From Rubrobacteraceae bacterium (GTDB lineage Bacteria > Actinomycetota > Rubrobacteria > Rubrobacterales > Rubrobacteraceae): a stretch of 64,000 nt of DNA. The stretch spans positions 2,238,586 through 2,302,585 of the forward strand of contig OZ243953.1 of assembly GCA_965214475.1 (NCBI GenBank). The letters run 5' to 3'. The notes below the pieces were generated by a model, which saw nothing but the letters and a program-made list of their open reading frames with translations, ran no database searches and had not been told where the DNA came from. Positions 38,764 through 48,553 of this stretch are shown here, one piece after another. The translations under genes and the position numbers were made by a program. The number at the start of each line of letters is the position of its first letter. Position 1 is the stretch's first letter.

Positions 38764-39597
38764 GTGAGCAGCTACGAGAACTATACGGAGACCTCAAAGA
38801 ATTACGATAAGACCCGGGAGCCGGTTGGGATGGAGATCATCGTCGGGTGCATGGCCCAGGCACCCACCCCTCTCGTCCAGACTACCGTGCTGGATGCAGG
38901 GTGCGGTACCGGGAGCTATTCGCAGGCTTTGCTGCGGCACGTCGGTAGGATCGAAGCGGTGGATTTGAACGAGGGAATGCTCGAAGTAGCCGGACGGAAA
39001 CTGGCGGAGACCCAAGAGGAGGGTAGGATCTCCTTCCATGCCTCCATGATAGACGAGCTTCCCTTTAAAGACGGCACTTTCGACGGGGTCATGATCAACC
39101 AGGTACTACACCACCTGCCCGATGACGCCTCCGAGGGCTTTCCCGCCCACCGCCGGGTCTTCGAAGAATTCGCCCGGGTGCTCAAGCCCGGTGGCGTCCT
39201 CACGGTCAACACCTGCTCCCAACAGCAACTTCACGACGGCTACTGGTACTACGCCCTGATTCCCGAAGCCGCCGAAACCCTCCGAAGAAGATTCGCCCCT
39301 GTAGAACGCCTCACGGAGATACTGCAAGACTCCGGGTTCGATTACCGCGGGCGATTTGCGCCGACCGACGCCACCATCCAGAGTGGCTCCTACCTCGACC
39401 CTCACGGCCCGCTCAAGAAAGAGTGGCGGGACGGCGACTCGACCTGGTCGCTGGTCGAAGAAGAAGAGCTGGACCGCGCCATCTCCAAAGCCCGGGAGTT
39501 GGACAAAGAAGGCGGACTGGCAGACTACATGGACCATCACGACGCCCGGCGGCGGGACATCGGCCAGGTGACGATCCTCTTCGCTACTCGGGAGTAG
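38764..39597 (+). CDS. class I SAM-dependent methyltransferase
   Basis: Motif I VLDAGCGTGSY, post-I EAVDLNEGML. Confidence 0.85.
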   Translation: MSSYENYTETSKNYDKTREPVGMEIIVGCMAQAPTPLVQTTVLDAGCGTGSYSQALLRHVGRIEAVDLNEGMLEVAGRKLAETQEEGRISFHASMIDELPFKDGTFDGVMINQVLHHLPDDASEGFPAHRRVFEEFARVLKPGGVLTVNTCSQQQLHDGYWYYALIPEAAETLRRRFAPVERLTEILQDSGFDYRGRFAPTDATIQSGSYLDPHGPLKKEWRDGDSTWSLVEEEELDRAISKARELDKEGGLADYMDHHDARRRDIGQVTILFATRE

Positions 39598-39697
39598 AAC
39601 CGCTCAAAACGACACAAGTTTTACATGGATTTAACATTCATGCTACAATCCTCTTAATCTGATCTTCTAATTTGGGATCATGGAAAGGAGGCGCAGC

Positions 39698-40663
39698 TTG
39701 CTCTCTGATGGGATACGAGCAAACAGAAGACTAGAGAAAGCATATGGAATGCTAACGCGGGTACCATTTTTCGCCGGTGTAAAGCGGGAGGCTGTCGAGA
39801 TCGAACCGCTCGGTTCGCTTACCAACATGACTTACAAAGTTACCGTTGACGGTACATCCTACGCGCTCCGGCTCCCCGGACAAGATACCTGGGAATACAT
39901 AGATCGGGCGGCCGAGGAGCACAACTCTAGAATTGCGTCTGCCGCCGGTATAGGGGCGGACATACTCTACTCCGACGCCCGCAACGGTACAGTAGTGTCT
40001 CGCTTTATCGAAGGCGACGCCATAGACGCGACCTGGCTAAACGAGGATGTGGAAGCGTTGACCCGCGTTGCGTGTACGATCAAGAAGGTCCACGGGCTGG
40101 AGCGGAGCTTCCGGTTTCATTTCGATGTGTTCGGCATGATCGAACGCTGTCGCCACCTGCTCTATAAGTTGGGGCAATCGCTACCGGCGGGCTACAGTGC
40201 AGTGGAACGTGGCATGAAGGCGGCCCAACGCTCACTTGAGGCGTCTCCCGTTCCCCTGGTGCCATGTCACAATGACCCGTGGCCGAACAACTTCATAGAT
40301 GCCGACGATCGTATCTACCTAATCGATTGGGAATTCTCCGGGATGAACGATCCCTTCTGGGACCTCAGCCACCTCTCGACCGAAGCCGAATTTGGTCCTG
40401 AACAGGACCGGACGATGGTGGAGACATACTGTGATGGCGTTGCTCCCGAGAAGCTCTACTCTCGACTGGAGATCTACAAAGCCCTGGGCGACCTCTTGTG
40501 GTCGCTTTGGGGGCTAATTCAGCATGCGAACGACAACCCGTTAGACGACTTCCTCACCTACGCACAAGAAAGGTTTGGGCGCTGCGAAGAGCGGATGGAC
40601 TCCACGGGCTTCGGACGTCACCTGGATCTCGTTCGTGTGGATAGCCAGGAACACGTCGCGTAA
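39698..40663 (+). CDS. choline/ethanolamine kinase-like phosphotransferase (APH fold)
   Basis: Brenner/choline kinase motif CHNDPWPNNFI...IYLIDWEFSGMNDPFWDL. TTG at 39698 lies 6 nt after GAAAGGAGG; the ATG at 39680 is the alternative. Confidence 0.8.
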   Translation: MLSDGIRANRRLEKAYGMLTRVPFFAGVKREAVEIEPLGSLTNMTYKVTVDGTSYALRLPGQDTWEYIDRAAEEHNSRIASAAGIGADILYSDARNGTVVSRFIEGDAIDATWLNEDVEALTRVACTIKKVHGLERSFRFHFDVFGMIERCRHLLYKLGQSLPAGYSAVERGMKAAQRSLEASPVPLVPCHNDPWPNNFIDADDRIYLIDWEFSGMNDPFWDLSHLSTEAEFGPEQDRTMVETYCDGVAPEKLYSRLEIYKALGDLLWSLWGLIQHANDNPLDDFLTYAQERFGRCEERMDSTGFGRHLDLVRVDSQEHVA

Positions 40664-40685
40664 ACATGTCGGACAAGAGTAATGC

Positions 40686-41570
40686 TTACCGTTCGGTGAG
40701 CCAGTCGGCGACGAGTGTGCCGATGTGTTCGCCCTGATCCTCTTGCAGAAAATGGCCGGCGTTCTCGATCACAGTGATTTCTTCGGCCTGGAGTAGGCGT
40801 TGCATACCCAACCCTACCGGATCCAGCGGCAGTACCGGGTCCGAGTCGGCCCAGAGCAGGAGCGTAGGCTGGGCGTCCTGTGCTAGTGTAGCGATAACGG
40901 CGCGGCCTTCGGCCGCGCCCGATGCGTTTGGTTCTAGGGGTACGAGTTGCGGGAAGGCGCGGACACCGGCTTTTGACTCTGTGTTTGGAAACGGGGCTTC
41001 GTAGGCGGCGAGGACTTCCGGCGGGGGTGGAGTATGGCAGGCGCCCCGGATCAGACGCTTCACCGGCGTGTCCTGAACCCGCGCCACAAAGTCCCTAAAA
41101 CGTAGCCACTCGGCACTCATTTGCTGCTCACCGGTGAAAACCCCGGTATCCATGACTACGAAACGGCTCACCCTTTCCGGGATTTCCAGGGTCGCCAACC
41201 GCAACCCGATCGGCCCTCCCCAATCCTGCATTACCAGAGTAACGTCCTGCAGGTCTAGCTCCTCGAAAAGCGAAGCTATGGCTGCTGTGTGCCCTTTGTA
41301 GGAGTACCAGTCTTCGTCGGTTGGTTTGTCGGAGCGTCCGAAGCCGGGGAGATCAGGGGCTATGCAGCGATATCCGGCGTTTAGCAGCGGGTCCATGACT
41401 TTGCGGTAGAGAAAAGACCAAGTGGGTTCGCCGTGGATCGTCACTACCGGCGGACCTTCACCTTCGTCTATATGCGCGAGGCGCATTCCGTGCCACTCGC
41501 GGTAGTGCGCTCTGTAGGGGAAGTCCGGCAAGTTCTCGAAACGCGCTTCGGGGGTGCGGTATATGTTCAT
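40686..41570 (-). CDS. haloalkane dehalogenase-type alpha/beta hydrolase
   Basis: Pattern HGEPTWSFLYRKV...APDLPGFGRSDKP...VMQDWGGPIG. Confidence 0.85.
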   Translation of the reverse strand: MNIYRTPEARFENLPDFPYRAHYREWHGMRLAHIDEGEGPPVVTIHGEPTWSFLYRKVMDPLLNAGYRCIAPDLPGFGRSDKPTDEDWYSYKGHTAAIASLFEELDLQDVTLVMQDWGGPIGLRLATLEIPERVSRFVVMDTGVFTGEQQMSAEWLRFRDFVARVQDTPVKRLIRGACHTPPPPEVLAAYEAPFPNTESKAGVRAFPQLVPLEPNASGAAEGRAVIATLAQDAQPTLLLWADSDPVLPLDPVGLGMQRLLQAEEITVIENAGHFLQEDQGEHIGTLVADWLTER

Positions 41571-41591
41571 AGTGTTGTGGAATGTCCTTTA

Positions 41592-43169
41592 TCAAGCATG
41601 CTTCACGTACAGGTTCGGGGCCTTTGGCGAGTAGATCACTTTGTAGAAGGCGCCTCCTTCGTGGGGTATTAGCCTGTAGCCTTCCTCTTTCAGAAGGGTG
41701 TGAGAATCCTTACCTATGCCGTTGGGAGCAACTATGTATACGGGTTTGTCACCGGGGACGTGTTTCTTTACAAACCTCAACCACTGAGCCTCGGCGTCGC
41801 TTCCGAGGTCGTCTTCGAGGAAAGGCGATACGAGGTTCAGGTCCATCCGGCGATTCTCCACCAGGTTCATGTACCACATGCTGCTGTCGTCAGTAATAAT
41901 GGTCGCGCCGGGCGGGGTGTTTCCCACGACGGCTTCTATAATGTCCCGTCCTTCGTAGTGTTCACTGTAGTCGGCGGTGAGGTAAGTCCCATTCGTACCA
42001 ACCACCGGCACCAAGAGTGCCAAAAAGCCTAGTACGACGAGCACTTTGGGCGCCGCCCGCAAAGTAGAGGACAGTGTTACCGTCGAAAGGACGAGCCTGG
42101 TACCTTCGATCAGGGCTATAATCCCCGGCGCTACGAGGACGCAGATGATCAGGTACGTCGGGATGAAGTAGACCCAAATGTCTGCGATATTGTACTCCAG
42201 GGCGTAGAATAGCCAGCCTCCGTAGAGCAACCCGAGTAGGGCAAAGACCGGCCGGTCCCGGTAAAATATGCTCATCAGTCCTATAATGGCAACGACCACG
42301 AATAACCAGTGGAACTGCTGCGACAGGTACACCCGGTACATCTCCAGGCGATGGTCCAGACTGCCGGGTCCGAAAGCCAGCATGTGCTTACCGAAGGGTA
42401 TCCCCGAGACGTAAAACAGGAATTTTAGAGGGGTGTTCGGGTCGTAGGCGGCGAAAGGTGGTTCTACGAAGGCTCTTATCGGCAAATATATATACGGGGT
42501 CAGCCCCAGTGCAAAGAGCCCGGCGCCTTTGAGTACGAACCTTTTGTCCGAGAGCTTGGCGCGCTCCGTGAGCCATACGAAGAACAAGCCCACGGGCAGG
42601 AGCAGCCCGCTCGTCATGTGGTTGGTCATCGCCAGACCCACGAGAAACACCCAAAGCAACAGGTAGCGGTCGCGACGGGTATTACGCCAGAGCAGCAAGA
42701 CGGAGATAGCGAGACCTATAAAAAGTGCATTCAAGGTGTAGACCTCGGCTATTACGGACTGCTCCCAGAAAGTCTGGCTTACCGCGAGGAGCATCGCCGC
42801 CGCTGCGGAGGGTAATACCCGGCCGGTGATCTGACGCGCCACTACGAACACCAGGAACACAGCAACCGCGCCGAAGACGGCGGATGCGAGGTTTACCCTG
42901 TAGGCCACGTCGCCAACCGGCAGGTAAGTAAAGAGCTTGGCGAGCAACAGGTACGATGGGTAGCCGGTAGGATGCGAGATGCTCAATACGTAGGCCCTAA
43001 TTTGGAAGAGGCCGGCGTCGTAGAGGCCGTCTTGCGCTACGCGGGACAGAACGGTCGGGGCCAGGGTACTCAGATACAGCACGAATGCAGCCAGCGCTAC
43101 TCCGGCCCCGACAACCACACCGGGAACCCTGGCAAAGAGAACTTTGATGGACTCCGAACCGTACCGCAC
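41592..43169 (-). CDS. DUF2723 (TMEM260-like, putative glycosyltransferase) polytopic membrane protein
   Basis: N-terminal pattern LYLSTLAPTV...DAGLFQ...GISHPTGYPSYLLLAKLF. Confidence 0.75.
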   Translation of the reverse strand: MRYGSESIKVLFARVPGVVVGAGVALAAFVLYLSTLAPTVLSRVAQDGLYDAGLFQIRAYVLSISHPTGYPSYLLLAKLFTYLPVGDVAYRVNLASAVFGAVAVFLVFVVARQITGRVLPSAAAAMLLAVSQTFWEQSVIAEVYTLNALFIGLAISVLLLWRNTRRDRYLLLWVFLVGLAMTNHMTSGLLLPVGLFFVWLTERAKLSDKRFVLKGAGLFALGLTPYIYLPIRAFVEPPFAAYDPNTPLKFLFYVSGIPFGKHMLAFGPGSLDHRLEMYRVYLSQQFHWLFVVVAIIGLMSIFYRDRPVFALLGLLYGGWLFYALEYNIADIWVYFIPTYLIICVLVAPGIIALIEGTRLVLSTVTLSSTLRAAPKVLVVLGFLALLVPVVGTNGTYLTADYSEHYEGRDIIEAVVGNTPPGATIITDDSSMWYMNLVENRRMDLNLVSPFLEDDLGSDAEAQWLRFVKKHVPGDKPVYIVAPNGIGKDSHTLLKEEGYRLIPHEGGAFYKVIYSPKAPNLYVKHA

Positions 43170-43253
43170 GGCACAAATTTAACTACAAGCTACGTGCTTC
43201 GACCACACGCGCCAGACGTCGTCGTCACCAGAAAAGGCCCAAAGTCGGCTGCT

Positions 43254-43682
43254 TTACTCTACTCGGGGTGTTGGATCTCCACGAATAAGGCCTATTCCAA
43301 GGATAAAGAGCCCCACCCCCAGCGAAACCGCGCCGAGGTAGGCGAGGTAAATAAAAGAGTTCGGCTCCGTCGCGCCCGGAGAGAGTACCGAGAGGAAGAA
43401 AGCCGCCGGAAGCAAGATGGCTGCAGCCGGTATCGAATGCCGAGCCACCCGTTTGAGCTTCTCGGAGAGTACAGCCTCATCCACGTAGCGCAGTGTCACC
43501 AGTGACAGAATGAGCAGAACGCCCGCGTGGGCGTGACCCGCCCGCCACAAATCTTGCCGAAGTTGGTTCTGGGCATACTTCGGGTCACCGATCAACATCG
43601 AGAGGATGCTCGCTCCACCGAAAACGACCGTAGGCAATAGCACTAGCAACAGGCCCGCCGTCAATCGCGATTCTCTACTCAA
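43254..43682 (-). CDS. hypothetical 4-TM membrane protein
   Basis: Hydrophobic ORF, 8-nt overlap with the upstream gene. No family recognised. Confidence 0.55.
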   Translation of the reverse strand: MSRESRLTAGLLLVLLPTVVFGGASILSMLIGDPKYAQNQLRQDLWRAGHAHAGVLLILSLVTLRYVDEAVLSEKLKRVARHSIPAAAILLPAAFFLSVLSPGATEPNSFIYLAYLGAVSLGVGLFILGIGLIRGDPTPRVE

Positions 43683-44157
43683 GCCTGTCTACCTCCCACA
43701 AGGCGTAGAAGAGTCCGCCACCACGTACCCGAACCTCCAGGTGTCCTCCCTCAGCCAATTCTTTGAGTTTTTCATCCGCTTGGGAGACCGAGAGTGAGGT
43801 CTCTATCGCGGCCTGAGCGGGCGTGAGCTCTCCATAATCTCTCAGTGCTCTGAGTAACTCCCGTTCACTTACCTCGGTGGAGTCGCGCTCCAATTGCTTC
43901 TTCGAAGGGTTTGAGGCTAGGCTGGATAGACCACTCGCTAGCAGGCCGAAAGCCGGGAAGATCATCCACCCGAATGTAAAGACCAGCCAGAACATCTCCC
44001 CGAAGAAAGTCAGTACGACGGCGATGCCCAGCGCCACCGGAGCCAACACCGAGAGTGCCAGTACGACCCTGGCACGCGGGTGCAAACTTTCGGCCTCGAT
44101 GCCGAAGAAATCCCCGGAGTTGCAGGAGCTGTATCCTATCGAATGTCTACGATGCAT
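43675..44157 (-). CDS. hypothetical membrane protein with C-terminal winged-helix-like domain
   Basis: Two TM helices, then ELLRALRDYGELTPAQAAIETSLSVSQADEKLKELAEGGHL. 11-nt overlap upstream. Confidence 0.55.
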   Translation of the reverse strand: MHRRHSIGYSSCNSGDFFGIEAESLHPRARVVLALSVLAPVALGIAVVLTFFGEMFWLVFTFGWMIFPAFGLLASGLSSLASNPSKKQLERDSTEVSERELLRALRDYGELTPAQAAIETSLSVSQADEKLKELAEGGHLEVRVRGGGLFYALWEVDRLE

Positions 44158-44686
44158 CCGTTTCTCCTTTGTGTGCCTGTTTGGGCGAGAGGCCCGCGGG
44201 TTCGTTCTCGCCGCCGAGCCGACGCCGGGCTGTCTCGCGGCGGCCGGTGGCGGGGGCTGATCCCATAGCTTTCGAGAGTCCGAAGAGCGGCATGTTGTTG
44301 TAGACGGACTCGAACTTGCCGGGTTCGATCAGGTACGACTCGTGCCAGATGCCGACGCTGCCATCCGAGCCTATCCGCTGGTTGAACTTGCGCCAGGCCG
44401 GGAAGTGGGCCGCATCCGAGTCTCGGGCGTAGCGTTCGAGGTCTTCGAAGGAGCGCCAGTACTGGACCAAAGAGATACCCGGCCAGTGCAAGAAAGTCTC
44501 CGCACCGAGAAAGCCTTTCTCCGGGTTGCGGTAGAGCTCACGAAGCATCGGTCCCATCGCGTAGGCCTTTGGAAGCCATTTCCTTACCTCTAGCGGACGG
44601 TTTACACGCATCCCCATCAGGAAGACCACGAAAGATTCCTCTACCTTTGCAGTGAACCGCCAATTTATTATCTGTGCCACGAGCAA
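44147..44686 (-). CDS. DUF4188-like protein
   Basis: Pattern VVFLMGMRVNR...WRSFEDLERYA...H..AW. The family call is from memory. Confidence 0.6.
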   Translation of the reverse strand: MLVAQIINWRFTAKVEESFVVFLMGMRVNRPLEVRKWLPKAYAMGPMLRELYRNPEKGFLGAETFLHWPGISLVQYWRSFEDLERYARDSDAAHFPAWRKFNQRIGSDGSVGIWHESYLIEPGKFESVYNNMPLFGLSKAMGSAPATGRRETARRRLGGENEPAGLSPKQAHKGETDAS

Positions 44687-45346
44687 CTACTCCTTTTGTT
44701 GCTGAATCTCGTCTCCTGTATCTGCAGGCCAGATTTCCAGGACAACCTTTCCAATATCTTCCCTACCGAAGAAGTTGAAGAGTCCCAGGCCCAGCCGGTA
44801 CTTTTTATAGAGACCGGCTTTGGCCTCTGGCGTCGCCTCATCCTCGACCGAACGGGCTAGCCCTTCTACTCTTGGCCCCTTCTCTTTGCCCCAGGCGTTG
44901 CACGGGGCCAGCAAGACACTGGGGTTGTTGCGGATGCGTTTCATCTTGCCGGAGTCGGGTTCGGTGGTGGCGTAGAGCCGACCTTCGTGCAGCGCAAACC
45001 ATAGCGGCGTCGAGACCGGCTCGCCGCTCTTGCGGAAGGTGGTGAGGTTGATGTAGCTCTCTCCTTCCAGGTACGAGAATGGGTGTGGGATGCTTCGTTT
45101 CTCCGAGACGATCAACTCTCCCACCCGCAGCCGCCGCACGTCGAGTTCGTCAATGGAGAGCCGCTGCACTTTTGCGCGTTGTATCGCGAGCGACCGGACC
45201 GCCAGTGCTCCTATTGCTACGGCTCCTGTTGCCGCCGCACCCGCTGCAAAGGCTCCGAGGCTACTTGCGCCGACCGCCGATGCCCCCTGTGCAAGCGCAC
45301 CCTGAGCATCCGCTTTCGCATAACGGATCCCGCTACGATGCTTCAT
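44687..45346 (-). CDS. PPOX-class (F420-dependent) oxidoreductase with Gly/Ala-rich N-terminal extension
   Basis: C-terminal 130 aa reads INLTTFRKSGEPVSTPLWFA...GRLY..T...GK.KRIRNNP. The N-terminal 85 aa is G/A-rich followed by an LxIDELxVRRLRV repeat. Confidence 0.7.
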   Translation of the reverse strand: MKHRSGIRYAKADAQGALAQGASAVGASSLGAFAAGAAATGAVAIGALAVRSLAIQRAKVQRLSIDELDVRRLRVGELIVSEKRSIPHPFSYLEGESYINLTTFRKSGEPVSTPLWFALHEGRLYATTEPDSGKMKRIRNNPSVLLAPCNAWGKEKGPRVEGLARSVEDEATPEAKAGLYKKYRLGLGLFNFFGREDIGKVVLEIWPADTGDEIQQQKE

Positions 45347-45890
45347 TTTCGACCTCCTGGTTCTTTTCTTTCGACAGCGCCTTTACCTGTGCCTCCGTCT
45401 CGTCCAACCAGGAGAGGGTGGCTTCGAAAGCTGTGATGCCGTAGCGCAGGCACATCATCTCGTAGGGATCGGCGACGTCTTTCACAGCCACCTCGATCCC
45501 TTGCAGAATCTCCAGCTTTGCCTTCCGGGTTTCGCGATGCTCCGAGAGCATCTCCAGTAGCCGGTCACTATCCTGGTGTTGGCCGAAGAAGAGCTGCATC
45601 AAGAACTCGGAACGGAAGCTGTCGGCGGCGGGCTGTTCCTTTAGCTGCGCGCGGAAATATGCTTCGCCTTCCGGTGTGATCGAGTAAATCTTCTTGTTCG
45701 GCTTCCCAGACTGCACGACCTCCCGCACCCGCACCAGACTTCCGGCCTCAAGAACCTTGAGAGCCGGGTAGATCGAACCGTAGCTCGCCCCGAAGAAGAA
45801 CCCCACACTCTCGTCCATCGCCGCCTTCAACTCGTAGCCGGTGCAATCTTCCCGCCGTAAAAATCCTAGCAATACTGATTTGAGATCCAT
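45333..45890 (-). CDS. PadR family transcriptional regulator (long form with C-terminal domain)
   Basis: Product LLGFLRREDCTGYELKAAMDESVGFFFGASYGSIYPALKVLEAGSLV. Confidence 0.85.
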   Translation of the reverse strand: MDLKSVLLGFLRREDCTGYELKAAMDESVGFFFGASYGSIYPALKVLEAGSLVRVREVVQSGKPNKKIYSITPEGEAYFRAQLKEQPAADSFRSEFLMQLFFGQHQDSDRLLEMLSEHRETRKAKLEILQGIEVAVKDVADPYEMMCLRYGITAFEATLSWLDETEAQVKALSKEKNQEVENEAS

Positions 45891-46068
45891 ATCGGCTATT
45901 ATAACGGCAGAGCATATATCGTGTCAATATATAAAAAAGATTTTTGTTGCTGAATCTAGACGCGGTTACGGTCGATGACCCTTGGATCTTCCCACTGGGC
46001 CGTTTCCAAGTTCTGTCCGGCGGGCGCTGGGCTACAATCAGCGTTTAGCAAAGATAAGAGGAGGCGGC

Positions 46069-47073
46069 ATGAAGACTACGGGTACGGTTGGCTACGCGGC
46101 GATGTTCGAACAGTTCCATCCGACGGAGCTTCTTGAGTATTGCAAGACAGCGGAGGAATCGGGGTTTACCTCCGTAATGGCCTCGGACCACTTCCACCCG
46201 TGGACCCCGGAACAGGGCCAGAGCGCCTTCGTGTGGTCCTGGCTCGGGGCGCTGGGTGCCACGACTAACCTCCGCTTCGGTACCGGTGTTACACCGCCCG
46301 GCTTCCGCTACCATCCCGCCATCATCGCCCAGGGCGCGGCGACGCTCGAAGCAATGTATCCGGGGCGTTTCTGGCTCGGGCTCGGGGCCGGCGAGGCACT
46401 AAACGAGCATGTCGTCGGAGCATATTGGCCCGAAGCCCCGGTACGGCTCCGCATCCTGATGGAGTCGATCGAGGTCATCAACAAGCTCTTCACGGGCAAG
46501 GTCGTCAAGTATTCTGGGGATCACATAAAGTTAGAGAGCGCGAAGCTCTACACGATGCCCGATACGCCGCCGCCGGTGTACGTGGCGACGGCTGGACCCG
46601 TTCAGAGCAAGCGTACGGGACGTTACTGCGACGGCATCATCACCGTCGGGGCGCCGGATGACAAAATAAACATGCTTATGGAGAAGTTCGAAGAGGGCGC
46701 CCGCGAAGAAGACAAAGACCCGTCGCAGATGCCGCGTATGATCCAACTGCACGTCTCCTACGCCGAAAACCAGGAAGAAGCCGAACAGAACGCCGTGAAA
46801 GAGTGGCCCAACGGCGGCATGCCGTTCCCCAAGGCAGACATCCGCAACCCCGAAGACTTCGCCGCGATGGCTAAGCAAGTAAGCGTCGAGAACTTCAAGA
46901 ACCGTGTTCTGATGAGCGCCGACATAGACGAACATCTGGAGCACGTCCAACACTACGTGGACCTCGGCTTCGACGAAGTCTATGTCCATAACGTCGGCCG
47001 CAACCAGGAGGAGTTCATCCGGGCTTATGGCGAGCGTGTGATCCCGAAGCTGCGTTGGCCGGAAGAAAGCTGA
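46069..47073 (+). CDS. LLM-class F420-dependent oxidoreductase (G6PD-related subgroup)
   Basis: Pattern ASDHFHPW...GLGAGEALNEH. ATG at 46069 follows AGAGGAGG; paralogous to 1218..2192. Confidence 0.85.
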   Translation: MKTTGTVGYAAMFEQFHPTELLEYCKTAEESGFTSVMASDHFHPWTPEQGQSAFVWSWLGALGATTNLRFGTGVTPPGFRYHPAIIAQGAATLEAMYPGRFWLGLGAGEALNEHVVGAYWPEAPVRLRILMESIEVINKLFTGKVVKYSGDHIKLESAKLYTMPDTPPPVYVATAGPVQSKRTGRYCDGIITVGAPDDKINMLMEKFEEGAREEDKDPSQMPRMIQLHVSYAENQEEAEQNAVKEWPNGGMPFPKADIRNPEDFAAMAKQVSVENFKNRVLMSADIDEHLEHVQHYVDLGFDEVYVHNVGRNQEEFIRAYGERVIPKLRWPEES

Positions 47074-47125
47074 GGAATTGTTCTCGAACTCTGTTATACG
47101 GACAACATAGGTTAGGAGCAAAAAG

Positions 47126-48061
47126 ATGCGCGCGATAGCGATAGAGGAGTTCGGTGGCAGTGATAAGTTGCAAGTCGTGGACTTGCCGACGCCCGAGCCC
47201 GGCTCCGGCGAAGTTCTGATCCAGGTCCGTGCTGCCGGCGTCGGCCCGTGGGATGTCATGTCCCGGCAGGGGGTCTTTGGTGATCGGGAGTTTCCGTTCG
47301 TGCCAGGCTTCGAGCCCGCCGGAGTCGTGGAGGCTGTCGGCGACGAGGTTGGAGACTTTAGTGAGGGAGATGAAGTTTTTGCTTATCGCTTTCCTGGTGG
47401 CGGGTACGCGGAGTACGTAACTGCAGCGCAGGGCATTACCGCTCGTAAGCCGGCTTCGCTCTCTTTCGAGGAGACGGCGGGTGTTCCGGTGGCGGGGACG
47501 ACGGCCCATCAGGGTTTGGTGGATGAGTTGGGTGTTCAGGAAGGGGAGACGGTGCTCATTACCGGGGCTTCCGGCGGTGTCGGCTCGATGGCGGTCCAGA
47601 TCGCGGCGAATATCATTGGGGCGCGCGTGATCGGGACGGCGAGCACCCGCAACCACGAGTATCTGCGCGATCTCGGGGCCGAAGAAGCCATTGACTACAA
47701 CGGCGACTGGGTTACCGTCGTACGAGAGATTGCGCCGGACGGTGTAGATGCCGTGCTGGAGTGCGCTGGAGGGGATACTCTGGAGCGCAGTTTCGAGACG
47801 CTGCGGGACGAAGGGCGGGCGGCGTACATCGTGCCCGTTGAGGAAGAGCCAGAGCCGCCGCGCGGGATCAGTGCCCACTTCTTCAGTGCGCAGCCGGATG
47901 GCGGCAGGCTATCGGCGCTGGCGAGCATGTTTGATGCGGGGCAACTTCGGATGAACCTGCAGGAGGTCGTGCCGCTGGAAGAGGCAGCGCGGGCGCACGA
48001 TGTTGTTGAGGAGGGGCACACCCGGGGCAAGATCGTCTTGAGCATGGGGGAGTCCGCATGA
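47126..48061 (+). CDS. NADPH:quinone oxidoreductase (MDR/zinc-type alcohol dehydrogenase superfamily)
   Basis: Motifs VLIQVRAAGVGPWD and GASGGVGSMAVQIA. Confidence 0.9.
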   Translation: MRAIAIEEFGGSDKLQVVDLPTPEPGSGEVLIQVRAAGVGPWDVMSRQGVFGDREFPFVPGFEPAGVVEAVGDEVGDFSEGDEVFAYRFPGGGYAEYVTAAQGITARKPASLSFEETAGVPVAGTTAHQGLVDELGVQEGETVLITGASGGVGSMAVQIAANIIGARVIGTASTRNHEYLRDLGAEEAIDYNGDWVTVVREIAPDGVDAVLECAGGDTLERSFETLRDEGRAAYIVPVEEEPEPPRGISAHFFSAQPDGGRLSALASMFDAGQLRMNLQEVVPLEEAARAHDVVEEGHTRGKIVLSMGESA

Positions 48062-48528
48062 CAGAGATAATGACCGGTACGGTCGAGGGGATCTACGTTG
48101 CCCCGAAGGGCAGCGTAGAGATGGAGCGGGTAGAGGAGATCCGGGCCATCGAAGGCTGTGGCCTCGAAGGCGACCGTTATTGTGAGGGGACCGGGTTCTG
48201 GACGCAATACGGCGACGTTTGTGAAGTAACCTTGATCGAGGCCGAGGACATGGAGGACATCGAGGAACAGCTAGGCCTTCAAGTTACCGACGGCCAGCAC
48301 CGGCGCAATATCATTACCCGCGGTATTCGGCTTGGAGAGTTGCGTAAGAAGAAATTCCGGGTCGGAGAAGTGGTGCTGGAGTACGATCGCTCCCGCCCAC
48401 CCTGCAAGCACGTTCAGGATATGACCGAGCCGGGTATGACCCGCGCCCTGAAGAATCGCGGCGGCCACTGCGCCCGTGTGATCGAGGGCGGAATTATCCG
48501 GGCTCAAGACACTATTGTCCAGATTTGA
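48058..48528 (+). CDS. MOSC domain-containing protein
   Basis: Pattern GLEGDRY...RRNIITRGI...PCKH. ATGA overlap with the upstream gene. Confidence 0.85.
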   Translation: MTEIMTGTVEGIYVAPKGSVEMERVEEIRAIEGCGLEGDRYCEGTGFWTQYGDVCEVTLIEAEDMEDIEEQLGLQVTDGQHRRNIITRGIRLGELRKKKFRVGEVVLEYDRSRPPCKHVQDMTEPGMTRALKNRGGHCARVIEGGIIRAQDTIVQI

Positions 48529-48553
48529 CGGCAGATAGACGAAAGTAGTTTTT

